Source of the DNA: a virus
Length of the DNA stretch: 64,000 bases
Reading direction: 5' to 3' (one strand)
Virus record (IMG/VR): IMGVR_UViG_3300018432_000014
Location: 1 to 64,000 of that record
A program made the translations under genes and the position numbers. Shown here piece after piece: positions 9,698-21,243 of the stretch. The notes beneath the pieces were generated by a model. It searched no databases and had not been told where the DNA came from. It was given only the letters and a program-made list of their open reading frames with translations. Positions within the stretch are counted from its first letter, which is position 1; each line of letters starts with the position of its first letter.

Positions 9698-11634
9698 GAA
9701 TCGAACGACTCTACATCGCGGGGTGGATGCCGTTTGCGGGCGAGCACGACATCGTGCTTCCGGCAGGCCCGATCGCGGTCGTAGGGGAACACAACGGCGA
9801 TCCTCGCCGCTCGAATCGAGCCGGCAAGACGGCTCTGCTCGAGGCGATCACGTGGTGCTTGTTCGGCGTGCATCGCAAGCGGCTCGACGATGCGATCATC
9901 AATCGAGGTGCGGACCTCTGCGAGGTCACGGTCGATCTCGGCGGGTTGGGCGTGACTCGTAGCAGAGCGCGCGGCAAGGGCTCGACGAAGCTGCAAGTCA
10001 ATCTCGGCGGAACATCTCTCGTCGGCGAGTCGGCTCAAGCGAAGGTCAACGAGCATCTCGGGCTCGGGCTCGACGACTATCTTGCAACGGCGTGTTTTCG
10101 ACAGGGCGACGTGGAGAGCATCGTGTCGAGAACGGCGGGCGATCGGCTTGCGCTCGTGAGTGAGTGGCTGCAGCTCGGGCGATGGGCCGTCGCGAAGAAG
10201 GTCCAGGCGGCGAAGGTCAACGCAGCCGATGCAGCACTTGGCGCGAAGCGGTCATCGCTCGCGACACTCGAGGCGACCACGCTCACCGAGGCTCGGCGAC
10301 TGGAGCTGCAAGAGACCGAGACCCGGTTGACGGCCGACGGTGAGCGCGGGCAGAGGCGGCTCGCATCGATGCAAGCTCGGTCGGGTGAGGCCGCAAATGC
10401 GCGGATCGCTCTAGAGCAGCATCTCGAGATCGAGAACCTGCGAACACGGGCGGGCGAGCTTCGAACACAGCTTGCAGGCAAGCGAGCGGCCGACGGTGAG
10501 ACCGAGGCAAAGTTGCGGGCTGTTGAAGAAGCGGCTCAGGCGGAGCAAGCCGCTCGCAAGTTGGTCGATGAGGTCGCGACGATCGCGTCTAGCGGTTTCG
10601 ATGGCATCTGCCCGGTGATGTGCGAGGCATGCCCGGTTGCGCCCGACGTAGAGGCTGCAGTGCGCTCCAACACCGAGCTTTACGAGGTCCGTAGCAAAGA
10701 GATGAGGGCATGCAGCGCGACGACTCGCGAGCGGCGCGGTGATGCAGTGCTTGCGCGGGCGGCGTCGACGCAGCTCGATCGAGCGTCCGCCGAGTACGCT
10801 GAGATCGTGCGACGCGGTAAAGAGCTTGCTGCGTCCGTGGTGTTGAGCGTCGACGAAGCGACCGAGCGTCTCAAGGACGGCGAAACCATCGAGGCCGGTT
10901 TCGCAGAGGCGCAAGCCGAAGTCTCTGCGGCGGCGGTGCAACTCGGCAACGTGCAGCGCTTGCTTTCGGCCAGCGTTGAATCGGAGCTGCAGTGCCGAGC
11001 GTTGCGCGACAGTGTGGCGATTCTCGAAGAGTCGGCGCGCGTGAGTAGTTTGGCACTGCGCGCGATCTGCCAAGTACCGGCTGACATCGCTCGTGACGAG
11101 CTGATCGTGCTCGAGGCTGACGCGAATCACTTGCTGCAAGGCACGGGCGTCAGTCTGCGATTTTCGTGGGCGCGAGAGCTAGCCGAGAAGTCGCCAGCCT
11201 GCGACGAGTGCGGGCACGTCTTCGCCTCGAAGCGAGGCGATGCATGTCCACGGTGCAGCGCGGCTCGAGGTAAGAAGCGGGCGCAAGAGCTAGAGATCCT
11301 CTGCGACGATGGGTCGGGGCTCGAAGAAGATGTCCGATTCAATAGCGGAGGAACACGGGCGATCGTGGGCGCGTCGATTCGACTCGCGGCGTCGGCTCTC
11401 TTGCGACGGCTACGCGGCGCTCCTGCAGCTTGGGCGATTGTCGACGAGCCATTCGGTCCGCTCGACAGCGAGAACCGAGAACAACTCGCGAGAAGCTTCG
11501 CGGGCATGCTCAACAGCGTGGGTCTCGAGCAAGCGCTCGTCGTGTCACACGACATGGTTTTACTCAGTGGTCTGCCGAGCAAGCTCGTGATCAACAAGAC
11601 CGGTTCCGGATCCAAAATCAGATTGGAGATGTGA
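9694..11634 (+). CDS. sbcC: Rad50/SbcC-like SMC ATPase
   Basis: Walker A NRAGKT, Q-loop FRQG, coiled coil with CPVMCEAC hook, signature NSGG, Walker B IVDEPFGPLD, VSHD. Confidence 0.92.
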   Translation: MRIERLYIAGWMPFAGEHDIVLPAGPIAVVGEHNGDPRRSNRAGKTALLEAITWCLFGVHRKRLDDAIINRGADLCEVTVDLGGLGVTRSRARGKGSTKLQVNLGGTSLVGESAQAKVNEHLGLGLDDYLATACFRQGDVESIVSRTAGDRLALVSEWLQLGRWAVAKKVQAAKVNAADAALGAKRSSLATLEATTLTEARRLELQETETRLTADGERGQRRLASMQARSGEAANARIALEQHLEIENLRTRAGELRTQLAGKRAADGETEAKLRAVEEAAQAEQAARKLVDEVATIASSGFDGICPVMCEACPVAPDVEAAVRSNTELYEVRSKEMRACSATTRERRGDAVLARAASTQLDRASAEYAEIVRRGKELAASVVLSVDEATERLKDGETIEAGFAEAQAEVSAAAVQLGNVQRLLSASVESELQCRALRDSVAILEESARVSSLALRAICQVPADIARDELIVLEADANHLLQGTGVSLRFSWARELAEKSPACDECGHVFASKRGDACPRCSAARGKKRAQELEILCDDGSGLEEDVRFNSGGTRAIVGASIRLAASALLRRLRGAPAAWAIVDEPFGPLDSENREQLARSFAGMLNSVGLEQALVVSHDMVLLSGLPSKLVINKTGSGSKIRLEM

Positions 11635-12140
11635 TGGTCGTCATTGGGATCGACAACGGGCTCGATGGCGGTCTAGTGGCACTCTCGTCGAAGGGTGTTG
11701 TTTGGATGGAGGTGACGCCGACGATCGGCAAGGGCAAGCGTTCGTTCGATCTCAGCGGCATGAGGCGCAGCCTGGTCGTGCTCAAGAGCGATGCGCGTGG
11801 CGATCTCATCGTCGGTCTCGAGCGCGCGCAAGCGATGCCGGGGCAAGGCGTCTCGTCGACGTTTTCGACCGGTTTTGGACACGGATTGTGGCAAGGCTTG
11901 CTCGTCGGGATCGGCATTCCGTTCGAGTTGGTGTCGCCTCAAAAGTGGCAACGCACGATGTTCGAGGGCATCAACCGGACCGACACGAAGGCAGCATCGG
12001 CGCTCGTCGCACAACGCTTGCGGCCTGACGTGGATTGGCGAGCGTCGCCCCGGTGTCGCAAGTCGCACGACGGTTTGACCGATGCGTTTTGCATTGCCGA
12101 GTTTCTTCGCAGGCGACTCGTTTCGGAGAGCGCCGAATGA
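11634..12140 (+). CDS. RuvC-like Holliday junction resolvase
   Basis: VIGIDNGLDGG, ERAQAMPGQGVSSTFSTG, PQKWQ, DGLTDAFCIA. Confidence 0.85.
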   Translation: MVVIGIDNGLDGGLVALSSKGVVWMEVTPTIGKGKRSFDLSGMRRSLVVLKSDARGDLIVGLERAQAMPGQGVSSTFSTGFGHGLWQGLLVGIGIPFELVSPQKWQRTMFEGINRTDTKAASALVAQRLRPDVDWRASPRCRKSHDGLTDAFCIAEFLRRRLVSESAE

Positions 12141-12856
12141 CTCTCGCTCGGATCAAGAAGCTCGGCTCGGCAGAGGTGCGCGTCGGTCGATGGCAAGACG
12201 TGCTCGCAGACGTCTTGCCGGATGTGCTCGTGTCGGATCCGCCGTACTCAGAGAAGACGTGCTCCGGGCACGATGCGGCAGACACGATGATCCGGGACGG
12301 CAAGGCTCGTCGAACGATGGGCTATCCAGCGTGGTCCCGAGACGACGTCGCGGAGTTCTGTCAGTGGTGGGCACCTCGCACTCGAGGATGGTTCGTCGCG
12401 TTCACTGATGACGTGCTGTTCCCTGTCTATCGTGAGGTGCTCGGGGATCTCGGGCGCTTCGTGTTTGCGGCAGTGCCCTCGGTGCAACGCGGCATGACGG
12501 TGAGACGACAGGGCGACGGGCATTCGAGTTGGACCACGTGGATCGTCGCGGCTCGACCGCGCACAAAGGAGTTCGCAAAATGGGGCACGCTACAGGGCGC
12601 GTATATCCTCCCACCAGGATTCAAAGAGAAGGGGCAGAAGGTCACGGGCCAGAAGACGCTATGGGTGATGGATCAGGTGGTACGCGATCACTCGAGAGCG
12701 GGGGATCTGGTTGTCGATCCGTGCTGCGGGTCGGGGACCACGTTGCTAGCGGCGGCACGCGCCGGACGAAACGCGCTCGGCTGCGATCAGAGCGAGGGGG
12801 CTGTATCGATCGCGCGAGAGCGTTTGTTCGGTACACAAGTCAGCGCCGGAGAGTGA
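12137..12856 (+). CDS. N6-adenine/N4-cytosine DNA methyltransferase
   Basis: SDPPY catalytic motif preceding VDPCCGSGTT SAM-binding motif (beta order). Confidence 0.85.
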   Translation: MTLARIKKLGSAEVRVGRWQDVLADVLPDVLVSDPPYSEKTCSGHDAADTMIRDGKARRTMGYPAWSRDDVAEFCQWWAPRTRGWFVAFTDDVLFPVYREVLGDLGRFVFAAVPSVQRGMTVRRQGDGHSSWTTWIVAARPRTKEFAKWGTLQGAYILPPGFKEKGQKVTGQKTLWVMDQVVRDHSRAGDLVVDPCCGSGTTLLAAARAGRNALGCDQSEGAVSIARERLFGTQVSAGE

Positions 12857-14047
12857 TGCAGATGGCGAGCGGTAAAGCTGTGCAAGAGGTGGTCGAGTTC
12901 GCACGGAGGTGGTCGGGCGCCGGGCCTCTCGTCGTGCAAGCGTGGGATTCGTGGGAGGCGATTGCGTGCGAGTTTTTCGGCGTGTCGGCGGCGGACTCTG
13001 CGGGCGAGATGCATGCGGTGATGTCGATCGTCGAGAGCGTTGCATTCGGTTCGCCCGAGGACGTCAAAGCTGCAGTGCGCGAGGCGCGGCCCGATGCGGT
13101 CGAGATCGCGCACGAGCTGCTCGCGCATCTGCCGCAGTTCGATGTGGTGCTCGAGGCCGAGATCAGATTTCGTGCGGGTGATCTGTGTTCGGATTGGTCA
13201 CTTCAGCTCGTTGACGGGAAGTTGGTAGCACGTTCGGAATTTCGAGCGGGGCACGACACCCATTGATCGAGGTGACCATGACTGAGGACAAAGACATCGA
13301 CACGCTACGGCGCGAGCTAGAGCAGTTGCGAGGCAACGCCCAAGAGAGCCCGACGGCTTCGAGTCTTGTGAAGGGGCTCGAGGATCGATGCGAGTCGTTG
13401 ACGAAGGAGCTTGCGAAAGCCGACGTCGAAAACGAGAGGCTGCGAGTCGAGTCTTTGAAGGCTCGACGCGCAGTGACGCTCGCGGGCAAAGAAGCCGAGG
13501 CGAGCATTGCCGTGATCGCGGCCGAGCTGGCACACGAGCGGCTCGAGAAAGAGCGCGCGTTAGGCGAGCTGGCGCGCGCTCGATGGCTTCTCGATGGCTC
13601 GCCAGACCCGACTGCGGCAGTGGACTCCAAGACGAACGGCGCCGAGTCTGTCGAGCCTGCCTCTACGGAACACAGGTGAGCGCTCGGGTGCAAGTCGTCG
13701 CGGCGTTCGTGACGACGGGTTGGACCGATGTGTCGCGCTTGCGACTTTGGGCAAAGCAGGTGCCGACCTCGTTCTGCATCCTGCTTACCGACGATGTCAC
13801 CGAGGCGAATACGGTGCTTGCGCGGCAGCTCAAGTGCTCGGAGGTCACGGTCGGGCTCATCCGGCTACCCGGGGCCTTACGATCGGCCGAGGCCCTCTGG
13901 AAGGCTCGAGTGCGGCGCGATGAGGTGATGGTAGCGGTCGCAGATGAGGTCGTTGTGTTCGGAGCCGATCCGCGCGACCTCGAGACGTGGCGGCGCGTCG
14001 AGGCGACGGCTTTGAAGACAGTGACGATTTTTCATGCTGTCGAGGGC

Positions 14048-14067
14048 GTGTAATCCCGGGGCCACAC
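14048..14067. repeat. Dispersed palindrome copy (GTGTAATCCCGGGGCCACAC)
   Basis: Overlaps a stop codon, 1 nt before the next ATG. Confidence 0.8.
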
Positions 14068-16611
14068 GATGACGGAGCGAGAGTATTGCCAGGCGGCGGC
14101 GGACGCGTTCTACCGGTCAGACGTGCTAGCGGCCGACTGGATCCTGCGAGAGCGCGATCAGGCGCGCAGAGACGTCGAGGCCCGATACTGCGAGTTGCTT
14201 GCGGCGGCGCGGGCGGTGATCGAGTTCATCCCGCTACCGGTCGAGCATCGTGCCGCAAAGGTGTTCCGCTCGTTGAGGGCATGCATCGCCCGATTCACGA
14301 ACTAGAGCAGTATGCTCACAAACATCGGTCCGTCTGCGTTGAATGAAAAGTTCGTCGAGCGCGAAGAGTCGCGCGAGAAGCTGCTCGAGTTGAGGCGCTC
14401 ACTCGCTGGCAAGCGAGGCGAGCACGAGCTGCTCGGCAAAGAGATCGCGGCGATGGAGAAGCAGATCGCCAAAGAGCAGCAGAAGCTGGTCGACGCGACC
14501 AACGAGGTCTCGAAGCTTCTGCACTCGGACTTGGCTGGCATCGTGCCGAAGGCACCGACGACGATCCCGCCTGAGCCCGACAGGAGGGCGACATGAGTAA
14601 GGCGCCGTCGATCGAGACTCAGCTCAAGACAGCGCTTCGAGACCTCAAGCGGTGGAAGGCGAAGGCGTTCGAAGCCGAGCAACGAGAGCGAGGTCTGCGA
14701 AGCCATCTCAAGGCTTTGAATAGCTCGTACGATGAGTGCGAGAAGGAGCGCGCACTGCTCGTGATCGCGGTGGCCAAAAAGCTGACGGATGGGTGAAACA
14801 CCGAGCGAGAAGAGAAGACTTCGCGAAGCCGAAAAGCGTCACGGGCGCCGGCACTGTGTTCTCTCGGATCGCGCGTGTTGCGTCTGCGGTGAGCTTGCGG
14901 CGGATCCTGAGAGTGCGTGCCCGGGCCCGGGATCATTCGAGGCGAACGATGGATGCGAAGAAGCCAACGGCGGTCGGTGACCTGCAGGAACAACGCAAGC
15001 AACACGATCAACGTGAGGCGTGGTTCAAGACGTACCGCGCTGCGATCGCGGGCGCTGCAGGTCGCATCGCAACGAGTGCCGGCACGGTCGACGATGCCGG
15101 GGAGATGATCAAACTCGCGGGTGCGTCGGCGACGATGCTTGCGGATGCCGTGCACGGAAAACTCGACGCATGAAGATTCTCACTCGAGACGAGCAGACCT
15201 ATCAGGCGATCGCGTCAACGCAGCTCTGGCGCGACATCGTGATGCGCGCCGACCGGATGAAGGTCGCGGGCGTTGGCGCGATCGATCTCGAAGCGATGAG
15301 TGATGCAGAGCACGAGCGGATCCGAGGTTGGGCGAGCGGTGGCGCTCGCATCGAGGGCGCCCCTGCAGTGATCCTCGATTACTTTGCTCGGCTCGAGAAA
15401 TGAGAGGCGGCTGCGAATGATTGGCAGAGAAGAGCAAGAGCATGTTGGCAAGGTCTCGGTTGATTTCGAGCTTGCGAAGACGACGCCGGAGATCTGCGAT
15501 CTCATCATGCGTGAGCGAGAGCAAGTGCGGATGGAATGCACCGGGCTGATCCTTGAGGCGCTCAGAGAGCGCGATCGTTGGGTCGAGCGAGTGCGAGTGC
15601 TCGAGGATCGTCTTTCAGCGATTCGATTGATGTGCGGGTGACCATGGTCGCGCTCGGCAGTTGCGACTAACACATCGACACATGAAACGAGAGACAGAGA
15701 CGAAGACAGAGGCGCGCACCCGAGTCGAAACGATGTTGTTCGCTGAGGTGCGAGTGTTTCTCGATGCGCTCGAGAAGGCTAACCCGATGTGGGAGGACGG
15801 TGATTCGCACACGCTCGAGATCGAGGGCGGTTTCGACGGTTACGACGATGCCGATTCGTATCGGTACAGCTTTCGAGTGAAGCGCACTCAAGAGGAGGCG
15901 TTGTGAGCGCTCCGATAAACGCGCCGCTCTCGCCCGAGCATGAGCGGGTGTTGAGTGAGTGTCTTGATTTTTACGATCTGCTTTCCGACGACGAGAATGA
16001 AGTGGAGTTCGACTCGTTGTACAACTTCGTACTTGAGCAACGTGCGGACGCGGTGGTTCAGGCTGCAGATGAAGCACTGCAGCGATCCGAGGATCTGCTC
16101 TCGCGGTTCGAAGAGTTGCGCAGTCTCTTCAACCATGCGGAACAGATCGCGGGATCGTGGCCCGACCGAGACGCGGTGCGTAAGGCTCTCGACGCGAAAG
16201 AGACCAAGCGAGAGCCGACAGCAGAACCGTTCTCGGTCGCGCTACGCACCGAGTTGGAACAGCTGCGGTACACGGAGCAGCTCATGTGCGCGCTCTACGC
16301 TGAGAAGACCGAGGGCATCGCGGCTCTCGACCAACCGAGGTTTACGCCACGCGAGCTAAAGACGGTGTTGCTTGCGCGGGTGCCTGCAAACGACAACAAC
16401 AATCGTGATGGAGGTCGCTCGTGAGAGAGATGAAGCTAGGCGATCGCGTGCGAGACGTTTTCACAGGATTCTCTGGCGTGCTGGTTGCGCGGACCGAGTG
16501 GCTCAACGGCCCGATCCAGCTGACGATCGAGAGCACGCAGTTGTACCGAGGCAAGCCGATCGGGCGGCAGACGTTCGACGAGGTGCGGCTCGAGTTTTGG
16601 AACGAAGACGA

Positions 16612-16848
16612 GTGAAGAAGAAGATCGGCAGACCGAGCCGCGGGCTCGAGGCTGTGCTCTTCATTCGAGTCGATCAACCGTTGCTCGACCGACTCGACGC
16701 GTTGCTCGAGATGCGGCGCGTGCAGAACGCGTCTCGTACGTACTCGCGATCGGATGTCGTGCGCGAGCTTCTGCAAGCGGCGCTCGACAAGGATGAGCTG
16801 CAGGCGCGCGCGTTACAGATCGCTACAGCGAGGGAGTTCTTTCGATGA
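16612..16848 (+). CDS. Ribbon-helix-helix (CopG-like) DNA-binding protein
   Basis: KKKIGRP..LFIRVDQPLLDRLD..SRSDVVRELL. Confidence 0.7.
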   Translation: MKKKIGRPSRGLEAVLFIRVDQPLLDRLDALLEMRRVQNASRTYSRSDVVRELLQAALDKDELQARALQIATAREFFR

Positions 16849-17809
16849 TCGTGGTCAAGGTCGAGCTGCATAGCGCCATCACGGGACGAGTCAGCGAGAT
16901 CGCACGAGCCGAGATCTGCAACGTGGGCGGCACGCGCGATAGTGGTGAATACGAAGCTGATCTGAAGTGGCGCAACAGTGAGTTCGGCAGTTGGCTGTCC
17001 CTTGCGAGAAAAGGCCGTGTGCGTGGCTATCCTCGGCTCAGCTCGAACATTTGGGTCCTCGTGATGCGTGCGCTACGGTCGGCGTTTCCAGAGGAAACGT
17101 GACCAGCTATCAAATCAGCTTTATTCCGATGTCTTGGGCGATCGGCGTGTGGCGCAGACAGCACAAGACGACGCTCGCGATCGGACCGTTGCGCTTCTCG
17201 GTGTCGCGTGGCTTGCGCGGCTGGAAAGAGCCGGGTGGTCGATGACGCAAGACGACATCGCGAAGCAACTCGCTCTCGAGAAGAAGGCTCTCGCGTTGCT
17301 CATTCAAGCGGTCGACACCGCGCTCGGGCACGTCAACAAAAAGCATCCGAGCGTGATGGCAGCGCCCGACGTGATGAAGCTTCGAATCTACCTAGCAGCA
17401 CTCAAGCTCAGACATCCACCGGAGCCGAAGACATGAGCCACGATCCAGACGGCGAGTATCGAGACGATGTGCCCGGGCGCACCCCGGCAGAGCAACAGCT
17501 CGCGATCAGCCGAGCGCAACTCGATCTGCAACAGACGCTTGCTCGGGCGTTGATCAAGTGGCTGGAAGACTCGGCGCGAGAGGTGGCGACGAACCGCGCA
17601 GAGGTGCAAGCCGAGACTGAGATGCTCAAGGCTCAACAGCCAGATCCGTGGGTCGAGGAATACCGAGAGCTGTTCCGCGAGACGACTCGCAACGATCGTC
17701 GACAAGCGCTGGCGCTCGAGAGCATCGCGGTAGCGCTTCATTCGCTCGAGACTATCGTCGTCGAGTCGATCAAGGCAGACACGGCGAGGCAAGCCGAGGC
17801 GAGTAGTTG

Positions 17810-17829
17810 ATGTGGCCCCGGGGCCACAC
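17810..17829. repeat. Dispersed palindrome copy (ATGTGGCCCCGGGGCCACAC)
   Basis: Immediately after a stop codon. Confidence 0.85.
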
Positions 17830-19143
17830 GGGGCGATCCGAATGACGGACAACGATGCCGAGCGCAAGCACTGCGAAGAAGCGATCTTCGCGTGCGGTGG
17901 CTACTACGTCGATCCGAATGGCGGCGCAGATACGGTCGATGCCGAGGATGCGATCGAGTGCCTGATCCGAGAGCGCGCGGCGGCGCTCGCTGCAGGCTTG
18001 GACCGTCGTGCTGCGAAGGTCGCGTGCGTAACGCTGGCCTCTCATCGACGGGTGCAGAAACAGCTTCGCGAGCTGCATCGCAGACACGAAGCGTTGTTCG
18101 CTGCAGCTGATCGAGTCGATCAGGCTTGGTATGAGGGGACGGACAACTCGACTCGGATTGCTATCGAATCGATGCGGCGGACGATGGATGCCGAGAAGAG
18201 AGAGCCGAGCGAATGACAGATCACGTCTACATGGTCCCGATCCCGAAACAACCGACGACGCCGATCTTCATGCTCGTGCTGGAGCCTGACGCGCGAGTGC
18301 TTGGCGTCGTGGCGTCGGCGTGGCACGGATGCTTTTGCTTTGTTGTGCAAGCCGAGTGCGGTGCGCCAAAGACGAGTCATCGGCGCTTCTACTTCGCGTT
18401 CGATCAGACGCTCGTCGTGAACGGGGCGAGGTACCTCGGCACGATGGCTGAAGCCGAGGTCGATCGCGATGTCATGAGCGACGGGCTCGTTCGAGACCGA
18501 CGTCGCGACTTGCACGTGTTCGAGGAGCCGCGCAAGTGACCAAAGAGCAACAGCACTGCTTACTCGTCGCGATCGAATGGCTCGATCAGGCGTGGCTCAA
18601 AGACCAAATCGGCGGGTCGCTTGCCGAGCTGATCCACAGAGAGCGTTCTGCCGCTCGAGTGAGCGTCGTACAGAGCCTGCAGCCGGTGCTCGACTTCAGA
18701 ACGATCCTCTTGCAGGGTCGACGCTACGTGGCCGTGTCCGACCTGCGAGAGGCCTTGCAGACGGGCTCTCGGGAGGGCTAAACCGCGATCATGACGACAC
18801 TGCCCAAGCACACGGCTCGCGTGCATGCCGATCACACCGAGTGAAATCGAGAGGCGACCATGCGAACGATTCGACTCGAGTATGAAGCGCTACTCAATGC
18901 CGTGATCGACGAGCTGCAGCTCGATCCGAGCGACCCGCGATTCGCGGCGGCGCGAGACAAGCTTCGAGCGCTGGTAGCGATCGGCCTCGAGAGACAACAA
19001 GGCTACGAGCATCTCTGCAGAGCCGCTCGAGGGCGAGTCGATGGCGGGCTTGTCGTTGCCAAAGTCGATCCCGAGCAGATCGGGATCGAGTCGATTGTCC
19101 CCGAACGGATTTGACCGAGTCACCCCAACCGAGAGGAACACCC

Positions 19144-19278
19144 ATGACCGAGAGCACGAAGACGACCGAGAGCGAGACGCACAAAGACCCGGTACCCGAG
19201 AAGACGACCGAGAAGACGACCGAGAAGACGGAACCGGCAGAGCACACGACCGAGAAGACGACCGAGACCAAACGCTAG
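19144..19278 (+). CDS. 44-aa Thr/Glu/Lys repeat peptide (EKTT repeats)
   Basis: GAGAGGAA RBS; ATG 19144 to TAG 19278; 12-bp GAGAAGACGACC tandem repeats; below the ORF-track cutoff. Confidence 0.55.
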   Translation: MTESTKTTESETHKDPVPEKTTEKTTEKTEPAEHTTEKTTETKR

Positions 19279-19906
19279 CGCGATGCAGGTTCGGCACACG
19301 GCTCACCTCGTGTGCCGAACCGCTCGACTCGAGAGACAGCATGCCCAAGCAACAGCCGAAGTACCGACAGGGATCGACGCTCGTCGACATCCCGTTTCGA
19401 CTCGAGTCAGAGGGCCAGTGGTGGGATCGCTTCTACCGCTTGCAGCTTCGCGGCGTGTCGGTCGCGACGATGGTGTGCCGAGGCATCGAGGCGATCGAAT
19501 CCGAACCGGATGGAGACACATGACAGGCTTCCCCGAGGTCCATCGCTGCGACTGCTACGACACGTTCGGTGAGCCCAAGCCCGGCTGCATCTTTCATCGC
19601 ACGGGCACGACACCGAGCCCCGCTTGCCTCGAGCGATGGGAGCGCTACAGCAACGCTCAGGCCCTCGAGCCCGAGTGCAACCCGTCGGTGTGTCTCGGAG
19701 AGGATTGACCCATGAAAGCTTTCATTCGACCTGCCAACGATCGCTCTCTATTGGTCAAAGCAACCGAGGTCACGAGCCTCGAGATGCTCGTCGGTGTGTT
19801 GCGCGGCAAGCGAGCGCGCATCTCGGCCGAATGCGTCGAGTTCGAATACACGCTCTTGATCGAGGTCGACGACGACGCGTCCTTCGCAACGCTCGAGTCA
19901 GCGTGA

Positions 19907-21079
19907 TCACGACTCGCTCGGGACCTTTCGTAATGCAGCTTGCAACTCGGCCTGCAGCTCGACCGAGCGAGCCAGTAGATAGGCATTCTCTTTCTCAGCG
20001 GCCCGCGTGTGCACGCGCAAGCTCTCGAGCGCTGCAGTCAACGACTCGACCGTAGGCGCAGACGGCGCAGCATCGGCCGAGGCTGCAGAGGCCATGTCGC
20101 TTGGCTCGGCTGCCGAGCATGCCGGGCAGATGTGCACGGGGAGGGTTGCACCGTTGGCCAACCAGCATGTGGCAACGACACGCTCGCAGGCCCGGCACCG
20201 GGCCTCGTGCTGCGTGACCTCGAGAGGCATGTCCCCGAGCTTGCGCGCGCGAGCCTCGTCGATCGGGATGACATCGGCGATGTCGGCTCGCTTCGAGATC
20301 AGCGGGTAGAGATGCTCACGAACGAATGCAGCGTTGCGCCGACGAGCCTCGCCGATCGGCACGACCTCCGGATCGTCAGGCCGGCGCGCTTGCGGGATCA
20401 GACCCACGCTAGGCTCTGTGACCGTCTCGAGCATCGACTTGAGCAAAGCGATCTCGTCGATCGTGATCACAGCATGGCGACCATCGAGCATGTACCGCTC
20501 GTGCAGCGTGTCGGCGAGATGCCTGGCCACCTGCAGCACCAACCGCGTTTGCGGGTCGAGACCCTGATGCTCGACCATCTGCAATGCAGCATCGCGCTCG
20601 ACTACGCACCGATCGTACCGAGCCAGTAGCATGGCCTTACCGGCAGCCAACTCGCGACGGCGTTCGAGCAACTGCACGACCGCATCGACAAGCACAACGA
20701 CGCATCGGGTCTCGGGCATCGGCAGAGCCGTGAGCAAGGCGCTGGCAACAGGGAAGTCATTGAACGCACGCAATCGATCGAACGTCGCAGTCCATGCAGG
20801 GGCCGGGCTCAGAGGCAACTCACTGAAGGCAGAGAGAGCCGAGGTAAAGCGGTCGAGAGAAGCGAACACGGCCCGATGAAATGCCTCGGGCGTGGTCGAT
20901 GGATGAGAGAGGGCCTCGACGAGGCTCGTCTTTAGAAAGCTATGCGCAGAACGAGCGCGAGCGAGTGTGGCCGCAGAGAGGACCGAGCCGCTCGACTGCT
21001 CGTACTCCAAGAGGCGCTCATCGGCCAGATCGAGCAAGACGTGCACGCCGTCGAGAGGGGACGCAGGAGAGGTGTTCAT
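19907..21079 (-). CDS. Hypothetical protein with C-terminal Zn ribbon and coiled coil
   Basis: Long minus-strand ORF, probable ATG at 21079; CRAC..CPAC. Confidence 0.55.
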   Translation of the reverse strand: MNTSPASPLDGVHVLLDLADERLLEYEQSSGSVLSAATLARARSAHSFLKTSLVEALSHPSTTPEAFHRAVFASLDRFTSALSAFSELPLSPAPAWTATFDRLRAFNDFPVASALLTALPMPETRCVVVLVDAVVQLLERRRELAAGKAMLLARYDRCVVERDAALQMVEHQGLDPQTRLVLQVARHLADTLHERYMLDGRHAVITIDEIALLKSMLETVTEPSVGLIPQARRPDDPEVVPIGEARRRNAAFVREHLYPLISKRADIADVIPIDEARARKLGDMPLEVTQHEARCRACERVVATCWLANGATLPVHICPACSAAEPSDMASAASADAAPSAPTVESLTAALESLRVHTRAAEKENAYLLARSVELQAELQAALRKVPSES

Positions 21080-21243
21080 CCGGGCCACGTAGCGCACGAG
21101 GGCCGATTGCTCAAGTGACCTGCAAGGGGGATCGCGAGAGCCGACACAAGGGCCAGCAAGCGATCGAGAACGACCTTCAACAGATCGCCCGATGCCCTCA
21201 AGCGGCCTCAACAGATCCAGAATTGTAGCCGCACCCCGGTGAG

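Larger units (their letters stand above)
12856..19906 (+). other. Operon of more than 20 small, translationally coupled hypothetical phage genes
   Basis: Back-to-back ORFs of about 45-175 aa with ATGA/GTGA overlaps, e.g. 13263-13679, 14312-14596, 15903-16424, 16845-17102, 18213-18539. Confidence 0.7.
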
